Assembly: GCA_018302915.1 (NCBI GenBank)
Contig: JAGVZB010000002.1
Coordinates: forward strand, 1 to 17,687
Length of the DNA: 17,687 bases
Reading direction: 5' to 3'
Origin: Candidatus Woesearchaeota archaeon
GTDB taxonomy: Archaea; Nanobdellota; Nanobdellia; SCGC-AAA011-G17; GW2011-AR20
The number at the start of each line of letters is the position of its first letter. Within the stretch, counting starts at the first letter, position 1. The position numbers were made by a program, and so were the translations under genes. Shown here in pieces: positions 1-7,055 of the stretch. The notes under the pieces were generated by a model. It worked only from the letters and a program-made list of their open reading frames with translations, searched no databases and was not told the DNA's origin.

Positions 1-135
1 TCCAAAATAAGATGTTGCAGCACCAGTTATTGAATTGTCATAAACACCTGTACTAGCAAATAATAAAAATCCCAAGAACATAAAAGCCAAGAAATAAACA
101 AATCCTTTATTCACTCTTTTTTCTTCTTTTTTCAT
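1..135 (-). CDS. 5' part of a membrane/secreted protein gene, truncated by the left window edge
   Basis: Manual minus-strand translation from ATG (135-133) gives MKKEEKRVNKGFVYFLAFMFLGFLLFASTGVYDNSITGAATSYFG. This is a charged head followed by a hydrophobic stretch, and the frame is open to the edge. The ORF is not in the ORF track because it is short and truncated. Confidence 0.4.
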   Translation of the reverse strand, partial: MKKEEKRVNKGFVYFLAFMFLGFLLFASTGVYDNSITGAATSYFG

Positions 136-157
136 AATATTATTAAAACCAAAATTA

Positions 158-166
158 ATATATAAA
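158..166. promoter_or_regulatory. Near-palindromic TATA element (atatataaa) in the centre of the 50-bp divergent spacer; candidate shared or bidirectional archaeal promoter
   Basis: The element centre lies ~24 nt upstream of the Trm5-like ATG (186) and ~27 nt upstream of the minus-strand ATG (135). The same spacing is seen at other operon heads in this window. Confidence 0.35.
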
Positions 167-185
167 CCTTTTCTTTAGAATAAGT

Positions 186-917
186 ATGCCTTCATTTGAC
201 CAGATAGGAAACATAGTAGTTTTTAATGAAAAAATAAGCAAAGATAAAGCTAAATCCTTCTTGAACAACAGGATAAAGACAGTTGCATATAAATCTAAAA
301 AATACTCAGGAAAATTAAGACTGCCAAAGATAACTTTGCTGGCAGGAATAAAAACCAAGGAAACAACTCATAAAGAAAGTGGTTGCTCATTCAAGTTAAA
401 CATAGAAAAATGCTATTTCTCTGTAAGATCTTCAAATGAAAGGTTAAGAATAGCTAAACAGGTAAAAAATAATGAATCAATATTGTGTTTATTCAGCGGA
501 ATTGCTCCATTCCCTATTGTCATAGAAAAGCATTCAAACCCTAAGGAAATTTATGCAATAGAATTAAATAAGGAATGCCATAAATATGCAAAGGAAAATT
601 TAATCTTGAACAAATCCGGAAAAATTAAATTGTTTCAGGGGGATGTGAAGAAAGTCCTTCCAAAAATAAAAAAGAAGTTTAACAGGATATTGATGCCTCA
701 TCCTTCAGATTCTTTCTCTTATTTATTGTTTGCTTTAAATTATGTTCAAAGGAAAGGAATAATTCATTTTTACACTTTCGGGCAGGAAAAAGATATCAAA
801 GATATAAGGAATAAAATATTATCTTATTCTAAAAAGATAAAAATAAAAAAGGTTGTTAAGTGCGGTAATTATGCCCCTTACACTTACAGGTTATGTTTTG
901 ACTTGCAGATAATATAA
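186..917 (+). CDS. trm5: Trm5/Taw2 (Met-10+) family SAM-dependent tRNA methyltransferase
   Basis: The 243-aa ORF has the family layout: KCYFSVRSSNERLRIAKQV, then a SAM-binding LFSGIAPFPI, then EIYAIELNKECHKYAKENLILNK, then FNRILMPHP and IIHFYTF. Whether it is Trm5 or Taw2 cannot be decided from sequence reading alone. Confidence 0.7.
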   Translation: MPSFDQIGNIVVFNEKISKDKAKSFLNNRIKTVAYKSKKYSGKLRLPKITLLAGIKTKETTHKESGCSFKLNIEKCYFSVRSSNERLRIAKQVKNNESILCLFSGIAPFPIVIEKHSNPKEIYAIELNKECHKYAKENLILNKSGKIKLFQGDVKKVLPKIKKKFNRILMPHPSDSFSYLLFALNYVQRKGIIHFYTFGQEKDIKDIRNKILSYSKKIKIKKVVKCGNYAPYTYRLCFDLQII

Positions 918-1438
918 ATTTCCTTGCTTCTTTTCTTGCTTACTCTTGGCTTGAATATTTTGACATAGGAAAAATTCTTCTTGACTTCATTAATATATTC
1001 ATTTAATCTGCTGTTGTCAAAGATTTTTACTAAAAAACTTCCTTTTGGTTTTAAAACTTTTTTTGCAATCTCTAAGGCTCTATAGCATAAATCCAGGCTT
1101 CTTTCCTGATCCAAATCCCTTATTCCAGTTGTGTTTGGAGCAAGATCAGAAACAACAGCATCAAAATTATTATCCAAATCATCAAAGATTGAATCATCGT
1201 AAACATCTTTTTTTATGAATTTGAAGTTTAAGCCTTTGACATCTTTGACATCGATCCCATAAACATTGCATTTGATTGTCAGCAGGTACTGGACCCATGA
1301 GCCGGGATAACATCCCAAATCAAGGACTTTGTCACCTTTCTTGATTATGTTGTGTTTATTGTTTATTTCACTTAATTTGTAAATTGCCCTTCCAAGAAAA
1401 CCTTCCCTGTGTGCCCTTAAAGTATGTTTGTCTCTCAT
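884..1438 (-). CDS. rlmE: rRNA large-subunit 2'-O-ribose methyltransferase RlmE/FtsJ/RrmJ
   Basis: The 184-aa ORF carries R-A-YKL-EI, VLDLGCYPGSWVQ (SAM motif I), VVSDLAPNTTG, and KGSFLVKIF...KPRVSKKRSKEIYIICKSK. This is typical FtsJ fold motif order. Confidence 0.85.
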   Translation of the reverse strand: MRDKHTLRAHREGFLGRAIYKLSEINNKHNIIKKGDKVLDLGCYPGSWVQYLLTIKCNVYGIDVKDVKGLNFKFIKKDVYDDSIFDDLDNNFDAVVSDLAPNTTGIRDLDQERSLDLCYRALEIAKKVLKPKGSFLVKIFDNSRLNEYINEVKKNFSYVKIFKPRVSKKRSKEIYIICKSKHNL

Positions 1439-2733
1439 AATCCTATGTCTAATATTTTCTTCTTTACTTTTACAGCACTAGGAGCATCTCCTCCGTGCCA
1501 GCTTAGTTTAGGTCTCGTCTTGAATGGATAAATTCTTTCAGAGTTATCATCCAATATTATCCCGGCGCCTTTTATATCAGGCAGGCTGTTCAGGTATCCC
1601 AAGATGTCTGATGTAAGGTAAGTCTGCATTATAGAATTCAAAGCTTCAATGTCAACTTTGGCAGTTAGCCTGAAACTGATCACGATGTCAGATTGTGTTA
1701 GTACATCCTTATGAATTTCTCCTGGTTGTTGAGTGGCTAATACCATCGATATTCCGGGCTGTCTTCCTTCTCTTAATATTTGTACCAGTGCATCTGTTGC
1801 AGGAGTGTTTCCTTTTTTTGGTAATAATTCATGTGCTTCATCCAGAAGTATCCACACCATTGGAAAATCCTGCTCTTCTTTAACTAAGAAGTGTTCTCCT
1901 GCTTGTATTCTTGACATTTCCTCTTTTTTTCTTTCAGTCATTCTTTCCTGCAGTAATTTCTTGGAAAGAATTCCAGTGACTAATGCCTTGATATTGAAAT
2001 CATCATAGCAGCTTGTATCTAGTATGGAAACTTGTCCTCCTTTTACTATATCCTTTATTTCGCTTGCTTTCTTGTCAAATATCCCCCATGATTCAGCAGC
2101 TTTGAACCTGTTTTCAGCGGCATTCTTTATCTCTTGGTTTGATTTTTTTTCTTTTTGAATTTTTTTTATTATGTCTTCAATGTCATAATTCCCGCTTAAA
2201 TCAGAAATGATCCTCTCAATTAATACTCCGATAGGTTCTGTAATCTCAAGATTAAAAACATTAATCCAGTCATTTGCGCTTAACTCGCTTGGCCTTATTG
2301 AAAATGAAAAGTCTGTTGGAATTCCTTTTTCCTTGTATTCCTTGAATTTTCCCAGAGGAGTGTAAACTTTGACACCCAATCCTTGTGGTTTCATTCCCCA
2401 CAGTCTTAATTCGTCTTCCTGTTTTGTATTGGGATATTTCATGCTCCAGAATATTCCCATTGTGTCCATTATTAATATTGACAGATTATTCTTAATTTCC
2501 TGAGGTAAGTGAGACATTTCCTCAGCTATAACAGATAACGCGTAGGATTTTCCGCTGCCACGTTTGCCACTTATAAGAATTATATGACTGGTATTAACAT
2601 CCAACATAATTTTATTACTCAAAGAACTAAACTGCCCCATCTTTACATATTGTTTTCCGAGAAAGATTAATCCTTTATTTTCTAATTCCTTGATCTGATC
2701 TTCATCTCTTCCAATGATTATATCATAGCTCAT
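1435..2733 (-). CDS. HerA/DUF87-family (FtsK-HerA superfamily) P-loop ATPase
   Basis: The 432-aa ORF has Walker A GKRGSGKSY, Walker B VWILLDEAHELLP, and GISMVLATQQPGEIHKDVLTQSDIVISFRL, which matches the HerA-type TQRP...iifrl block. Its stop overlaps the rlmE start in ATGA (1435-1438). Confidence 0.75.
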   Translation of the reverse strand: MSYDIIIGRDEDQIKELENKGLIFLGKQYVKMGQFSSLSNKIMLDVNTSHIILISGKRGSGKSYALSVIAEEMSHLPQEIKNNLSILIMDTMGIFWSMKYPNTKQEDELRLWGMKPQGLGVKVYTPLGKFKEYKEKGIPTDFSFSIRPSELSANDWINVFNLEITEPIGVLIERIISDLSGNYDIEDIIKKIQKEKKSNQEIKNAAENRFKAAESWGIFDKKASEIKDIVKGGQVSILDTSCYDDFNIKALVTGILSKKLLQERMTERKKEEMSRIQAGEHFLVKEEQDFPMVWILLDEAHELLPKKGNTPATDALVQILREGRQPGISMVLATQQPGEIHKDVLTQSDIVISFRLTAKVDIEALNSIMQTYLTSDILGYLNSLPDIKGAGIILDDNSERIYPFKTRPKLSWHGGDAPSAVKVKKKILDIGL

Positions 2734-2747
2734 CGCTTAACAAAAGC

Positions 2748-2764
2748 TTTTTAAACATATAAAG
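2748..2764. promoter_or_regulatory. Two abutting TATA-like boxes (tttttaaa / catataaag) in the 43-bp herA-like/lemA divergent spacer
   Basis: tttttaaa (2748-2755) is centred ~25 nt upstream of the lemA ATG (2777). The reverse complement of 2756-2764 (ctttatatg) is centred ~27 nt upstream of the herA-like ATG (2733). Confidence 0.3.
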
Positions 2765-2776
2765 GTTTTTCTCATT

Positions 2777-3325
2777 ATGGATTTGGTATATTGGATATTG
2801 ATTATTTTTGGGGTAATTGTTCTTTACATTATTGTGGCATATAACTCCTTGATTGTTCTGAGGACAAGGATAAACAATGCTTGGTCGCAGATTGATGTTC
2901 AGCTGAAAAGAAGATATGATTTGATTCCAAACCTGATAAAAACAGTTCAGGGCTATGTAAAGCATGAAAAAACTGTCCTTACTGAAGTAACAAAGGCAAG
3001 AGCCAATCTGATGTCTGGAAATATGAATCAAAAGGCAAAAGCTTCTGATCAGTTGACAAATGCATTAAAATCTTTGTTTGCTGTTGCAGAAAATTATCCT
3101 CAGTTGAAAGCCAATGAAAATTTCAAGATGCTGCAGGAGGAATTGTCAGGAACAGAATCCAAGATTGCATATTCAAGGCAGTTCTACAATGACAGTGTAA
3201 TGTCCTTTAACATCAAGATACAGAGGTTTCCCGCAAGTATAATTGCTAATGCCTTCAGGTTCACTAAGAGGGAATTCTTCAAGGCAGAAGGAAAAGAAAA
3301 GGAAAATATAAAAGTAGAATTTTAA
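2777..3325 (+). CDS. lemA: LemA family membrane protein
   Basis: The 182-aa ORF has an N-terminal TM helix. It then carries [33 protein letters not shown]...[29 protein letters not shown], the characteristic LemA signature. Confidence 0.85.
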   Translation: MDLVYWILIIFGVIVLYIIVAYNSLIVLRTRINNAWSQIDVQLKRRYDLIPNLIKTVQGYVKHEKTVLTEVTKARANLMSGNMNQKAKASDQLTNALKSLFAVAENYPQLKANENFKMLQEELSGTESKIAYSRQFYNDSVMSFNIKIQRFPASIIANAFRFTKREFFKAEGKEKENIKVEF

Positions 3326-3327
3326 AG

Positions 3328-4212
3328 ATGTATTCTCAAATATCAAAAAATAAGTGGAATTCATTATTTTTGTTTATACTATTTTTTATCCTAATAGGAG
3401 CAGTCGCATATGTTATTAATTTGTTGTTCTTTCAAGGATATTTGTTTATTATAGTTGCAGCAATAATTGCAATAATATTCTCTTTAATTAGTTATTATTC
3501 TGGAGACAAAATAGTTCTTTCAATGGTTAAAGCAAGAGAGGCAAACAAGAAAGATTATGCTCATTTGATCAATAGCGTTGAAGGTTTGTCAATAGCAGCA
3601 GGAATTCCTAGTCCAAAGGTTTATGTTATTCCAGGAATGCAAATCAATGCGTTTGCTTGTGGAGTTTCACCGAAGAAAGCATCAGTAGCTTTTACAGAAG
3701 GTTCATTGCAAAAATTAAACAGACAGGAATTGGAAGGAGTAATTGCACATGAACTTTCTCACATTAAAAATTATGATATAAGAGTGATGGTCCTTGCTTC
3801 TGTCTTGGTTGGAATAATAGTTTTTGCTAGTGAAATAATGCTGAGGAGTTTTATTTTTGGCGGTGTAAGGTCAAATGAGAATAAAGGGGGGAGTGCCCAG
3901 ATAATCCTGATTGCTGTTGGTGTTGTTTTGTTGATTCTTGCCCCGATAGTCGCACAGATAATTAAGTTTGCAATATCAAGGAAGCGTGAGTATCTTGCAG
4001 ATGCTTCTGGTGCTTTGTTGACGAGATATCCAAAAGGATTGGCAGATGCTTTGAGGAAAATAAAGGCAGACCACGAAGAATTAAGGACAGCTTCAAATGC
4101 AACAGCGCATATGTTTATTTCAAATCCTTTTAAGAAAAAACAATGGTTGGCGAGCATGTTTGCTAGTCATCCCGATATAAATGATAGAATTCAGAAACTA
4201 GATTCTATGTAA
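3328..4212 (+). CDS. htpX: HtpX-like M48 zinc metalloprotease (membrane)
   Basis: The 294-aa ORF has two N-terminal TM segments, HELSHIKNYD (HExxH), two further TM segments, REYLADASGA (third zinc-ligand Glu region) and a C-terminal SHPDINDRI. It starts 2 nt after the lemA stop, and lemA-htpX is a recurrent gene pair. Confidence 0.85.
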   Translation: MYSQISKNKWNSLFLFILFFILIGAVAYVINLLFFQGYLFIIVAAIIAIIFSLISYYSGDKIVLSMVKAREANKKDYAHLINSVEGLSIAAGIPSPKVYVIPGMQINAFACGVSPKKASVAFTEGSLQKLNRQELEGVIAHELSHIKNYDIRVMVLASVLVGIIVFASEIMLRSFIFGGVRSNENKGGSAQIILIAVGVVLLILAPIVAQIIKFAISRKREYLADASGALLTRYPKGLADALRKIKADHEELRTASNATAHMFISNPFKKKQWLASMFASHPDINDRIQKLDSM

Positions 4213-4272
4213 AAATTTCATGTAACTAAACTCTTTCATAAATTCATTTTGGATATATGTAATTCTTTTTTC
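4208..4272. repeat. Degenerate, non-coding duplicate of the rfcL 3' end; left direct repeat flanking cassette 1
   Basis: 4208-4244 is 37/37 identical to 5433-5469. The match continues to 4259/5485 with 2 mismatches and a 1-nt indel. After a 24-nt gap in this copy, 4260-4272 is 13/13 identical to 5510-5522. On the minus strand the indel breaks the rfcL reading frame. Confidence 0.85.
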
Positions 4273-4281
4273 AGAATATAA

Positions 4282-4773
4282 TTAATCACTTCTATTCCCT
4301 CTCAAGATTAGATTAATGTTCTTGAAAAAAGTTTCTGCATTTTCCAGACTTTCCTTTGCGGGAAGAAGATTTGCTTGGGGAAGTTTTTGATATGTAAATT
4401 CTCCTCTTTTTGATTTTTCTTTCTTGAAAATCCCAAGTAATTCCTCTGCCTTGATAAACATAGTCTTGTAAATATAAAGAAGTTCCACATCAATATGACC
4501 AGAATCTACAAACTTCTTAAACTCTTCATATGTCTTTTTGTGTTCTTCTGGAGGTTCAGTTACAATTCCATTCTTATATAAAAATGCCTTGGCAGAATAA
4601 AAGATGCAATAATAAGAGCTACTTATTACATTGCTGAAGAAAGTGGAATCATCTTTTAGTCCAAACTCTAATTTCAAATCAGATTCATTTGATAGCTTGA
4701 ATATTGCTTTTGCCAAGTCAAATTCATTCTTTGCCCTGTTTAGATAAAGTTGCTCTTTAAGGTCTGAATCCAT
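4282..4773 (-). CDS. HEPN-domain protein, partner of the upstream nucleotidyltransferase (cassette 1)
   Basis: The 163-aa all-helical ORF carries LNRAKNEFDLAKAIF, VISSSYYCIFYSAKAFLYKNGI, a conserved His (EEHKKTY) and KSKRGEFTYQ. It is collinear with the second copy at 16580-17164. It overlaps the NTase gene end by 17 nt. Confidence 0.6.
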   Translation of the reverse strand: MDSDLKEQLYLNRAKNEFDLAKAIFKLSNESDLKLEFGLKDDSTFFSNVISSSYYCIFYSAKAFLYKNGIVTEPPEEHKKTYEEFKKFVDSGHIDVELLYIYKTMFIKAEELLGIFKKEKSKRGEFTYQKLPQANLLPAKESLENAETFFKNINLILRGNRSD

Positions 4774-5374
4774 TTTTGTAAGCCTCTTTTATAAGATTGT
4801 AATAAATATCTGAATTATAGAATATTTTATGTTTTCTAAATATCTGCTTTCCAAGATTTTCTTCACTTCTTGTCAGCATCTCAATGAATTCATTAAACAA
4901 GATATAATGATCATCTACCTTTATTTTATAATTTAGCTTAATGTCATTTAAATAGGGTTTTATCTTTTTTTCATCTTCTTTATTGTTTATAAGAATAGAA
5001 ATGTCTATGTCTGAATCTTTTTTCTGCTTATTCTCAGCATAACTGCCAAAAACAATAAGGCAATATCCTTTTACAGGAATTTTATTTATTATATCAGAAA
5101 TAAGGTCCAGTCTTTCAAAATTTATGGATTCCTTAATTTCTAAAAAATCAAGAATTTTTAATGAAATGGGATTGGACAAGTTTAATGAATAAATATCTAA
5201 ATTGGATTTTCTATTTGAATTTAATATTTTATTTTTTACAAGATGTTTTAATGTATTAAATATCCATGTTTTTGTTTTTTTGTTTAAACTCTTCATTATC
5301 TCCATTCTGCTTAAATTGCTGAACGGATTTTTTCTCCAGACTTCCAAAACCCTTATTTTTTCATCAGTTCTCAT
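4757..5374 (-). CDS. Winged-helix (wHTH) plus minimal nucleotidyltransferase (Pol-beta/MNT fold) protein (cassette 1)
   Basis: The 205-aa ORF has an N-terminal ~70 aa HTH-like region (SRMEIMKSLNKKTKTWIFNTLKHLVKNKIL). The NTase signature follows: LIVFGSYAENKQKKDSDIDISILI (G-S ... D-x-D) with a downstream acidic VDDH. Confidence 0.75.
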   Translation of the reverse strand: MRTDEKIRVLEVWRKNPFSNLSRMEIMKSLNKKTKTWIFNTLKHLVKNKILNSNRKSNLDIYSLNLSNPISLKILDFLEIKESINFERLDLISDIINKIPVKGYCLIVFGSYAENKQKKDSDIDISILINNKEDEKKIKPYLNDIKLNYKIKVDDHYILFNEFIEMLTRSEENLGKQIFRKHKIFYNSDIYYNLIKEAYKNGFRP

Positions 5375-5388
5375 AAATGTTATAACTA

Positions 5389-5425
5389 TTACTTATTTAA
5401 ATACCTTTCGTTACTTATTTAAATA
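5389..5425 (-). promoter_or_regulatory. Tandem 15-nt direct repeat (ttacttatttaaata x2, 22-bp period) containing the TATA box of the cassette-1 operon; candidate promoter/operator
   Basis: The two copies at 5389-5403 and 5411-5425 are perfect. On the minus strand each reads tatttaaataagtaa. The proximal copy lies at about -15 to -29 relative to the NTase ATG (5374). Confidence 0.5.
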
Positions 5426-5428
5426 ATT

Positions 5429-6499
5429 TTAGTGTAAAAATTTCATGTAACTAAACTCTTTCATAAATTTATTTTTGGACATATGCAGCTCTTTTGATAA
5501 TTTTTCAGATAATTCTTTTTTCCTGTCTTCTTTCCTGTTATTTATCCAGATTTTTAGAATTCTTGAGTTTCTTTTGTAGCTGACAAACTTATTGTCCTCT
5601 TTATCCTTGGAAAAAGCCACGCCAAGATTCATTAGTATGTTCTCATAAACCAGAAATCTCCAGTATTGCCATCTTCTTATCCTTCCCCTGAAGACATCAG
5701 CCTTGCTCAGATAATCATAAGCATGTTTAACGTTGTTGTATTCATAAGGGATATTTTCTTCCAACCATAAAAATACTTCATCAAGGTCTTCATCAAGCAA
5801 TTCAATTGATTTTAATATTTCTTTCTGATTTTTTGTTTTGAATATATTTTTTAATGCATTAAGGATTGTTTCTTTTTTTTCCCTTGTGTCAATATCATCC
5901 TTGCTTATCATCAGCAGTTCAAGGTCATTGATGGCGCTTCTTACATCCCCTTTGGAATTAATGGCTATTTTTCTTAGATGTTCTTCATCAACATTCTTAT
6001 CTTCCCTGTAAATAATGCTCTTTAAAATCTTTAAAACATCAAGATAATTCAGCTTGTCAAACTGAATCAATTCACAGTTTTTTCTTAGCTCCTTGAACTT
6101 TGAATCCCAGATATCATTGCCTATAATAATCACAGAATGTCCTGTTTCTTTTAATATGTCTACAATTTCTGTTATTGCTCCTTTATCCTTGCTGTTTAGC
6201 CCGTCAATTTCGTCTATTAATATTATTTTACCTTTTGAGAATAAGCTTGCCTGTCTTGCAGATCCCCCAACTTTTTCATCAATTTGTTCCTTGTTCCTGT
6301 AATCGCTGGCATTTATCTCCAGAATTTCATAATCTAAATCCCTTGCTAGTGCATGAACAGAAGAACTTTTTCCAATGCCAGGAATTCCATAAATTAATGC
6401 TGCTTTTTTATCGTTGACAGATTTTTTTAATTTAGATATAGCATTATCTTGGCCTATAATTTCCTTTAAACTCTTTGGCTTGTATTTATTTAACAGCAT
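5429..6499 (-). CDS. rfcL: Replication factor C large subunit (clamp loader)
   Basis: The protein begins MLLNKYKPKSLKEIIGQ (the RFC box II-like start), then has Walker A YGIPGIGKSS, ILEINASDYRNK, Walker B IILIDEIDGL, VIIIGND and GDVRSAINDLE. The start is placed at the internal ATG at 6499, giving 356 aa. The ORF track's 6577 start would add 26 non-conserved residues. Confidence 0.85.
   Translation of the reverse strand: MLLNKYKPKSLKEIIGQDNAISKLKKSVNDKKAALIYGIPGIGKSSSVHALARDLDYEILEINASDYRNKEQIDEKVGGSARQASLFSKGKIILIDEIDGLNSKDKGAITEIVDILKETGHSVIIIGNDIWDSKFKELRKNCELIQFDKLNYLDVLKILKSIIYREDKNVDEEHLRKIAINSKGDVRSAINDLELLMISKDDIDTREKKETILNALKNIFKTKNQKEILKSIELLDEDLDEVFLWLEENIPYEYNNVKHAYDYLSKADVFRGRIRRWQYWRFLVYENILMNLGVAFSKDKEDNKFVSYKRNSRILKIWINNRKEDRKKELSEKLSKELHMSKNKFMKEFSYMKFLH
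5433..5522. repeat. Right direct repeat flanking cassette 1; this is the functional 3' end of rfcL
   Basis: This is the partner of 4208-4272. Here the sequence is in frame and encodes the RFC large-subunit C-terminus ...HMSKNKFMKEFSYMKFLH*. Confidence 0.85.
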
Positions 6500-7055
6500 T
6501 TTGTAAAAAATTAACAATTCCTTTTTCAAATTTTGGATAATATTGATTAACTCTATCCCATTCATATCCAAGTTCATCTATATCTCTTTCTTGCTGTAAT
6601 ACTTTCTTGAAATATTCTTTGCCATATAAATTCTCAGTAACCCTTCTTTGAATCAATAAGACAGGAAAATGAACTTTAAAGTCATAATCTTCATATCCAA
6701 ATTTCTTTCTTATTAGTTCAAGAACTTTTTTATTATCTTTTAACAAAACATGAATTAATTCATGAATCAAGATTCCAGTTATAACATCAGAATTCTTATT
6801 GTATTTTAAAGTGAAAGGAAAACTTATTGCATTGAAATCCATATCCTTAACAGTAAAACATCTTACTTTGTAACTAAACTTCAATCCAGAAATCTTTTCT
6901 ATTTCATTTTTTATTTTCTTTCCCTCTTTTTCCCAGAAAGATTGTAAAGAAGCAGTAAATCTTTCCATGTCAACATATTGTTTTCCAGAATATTTTTTCT
7001 TCTTCATTGAAGTAAATAGTTCATCATACACCGAGGAATAAACAAAGTCAATCAT
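6486..7055 (-). CDS. Hypothetical protein with HExxH motif (possible zincin-like metallopeptidase), embedded in the RFC operon
   Basis: The 189-aa ORF has ATGA overlap with the rfcS stop (7052-7055) and a 14-nt overlap with the rfcL start. The only recognisable motif is GILIHELIHVLL, followed by candidate ligands (E/H within ~15-30 aa). No family assignment is possible by eye. Confidence 0.5.
   Translation of the reverse strand: MIDFVYSSVYDELFTSMKKKKYSGKQYVDMERFTASLQSFWEKEGKKIKNEIEKISGLKFSYKVRCFTVKDMDFNAISFPFTLKYNKNSDVITGILIHELIHVLLKDNKKVLELIRKKFGYEDYDFKVHFPVLLIQRRVTENLYGKEYFKKVLQQERDIDELGYEWDRVNQYYPKFEKGIVNFLQNAVK

Noticed and set aside
6500-6577. Upstream ATG (6577) giving rfcL a 26-residue N-terminal extension (MNLDMNGIELINIIQNLKKELLIFYK)
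   Set aside because: The extension would overlap the HExxH gene by 92 nt and precedes the conserved RFC N-terminus (LNKYKPKSLKEIIGQ). The internal ATG at 6499 gives the 14-nt overlap typical of this locus. Usage of the longer form cannot be excluded.
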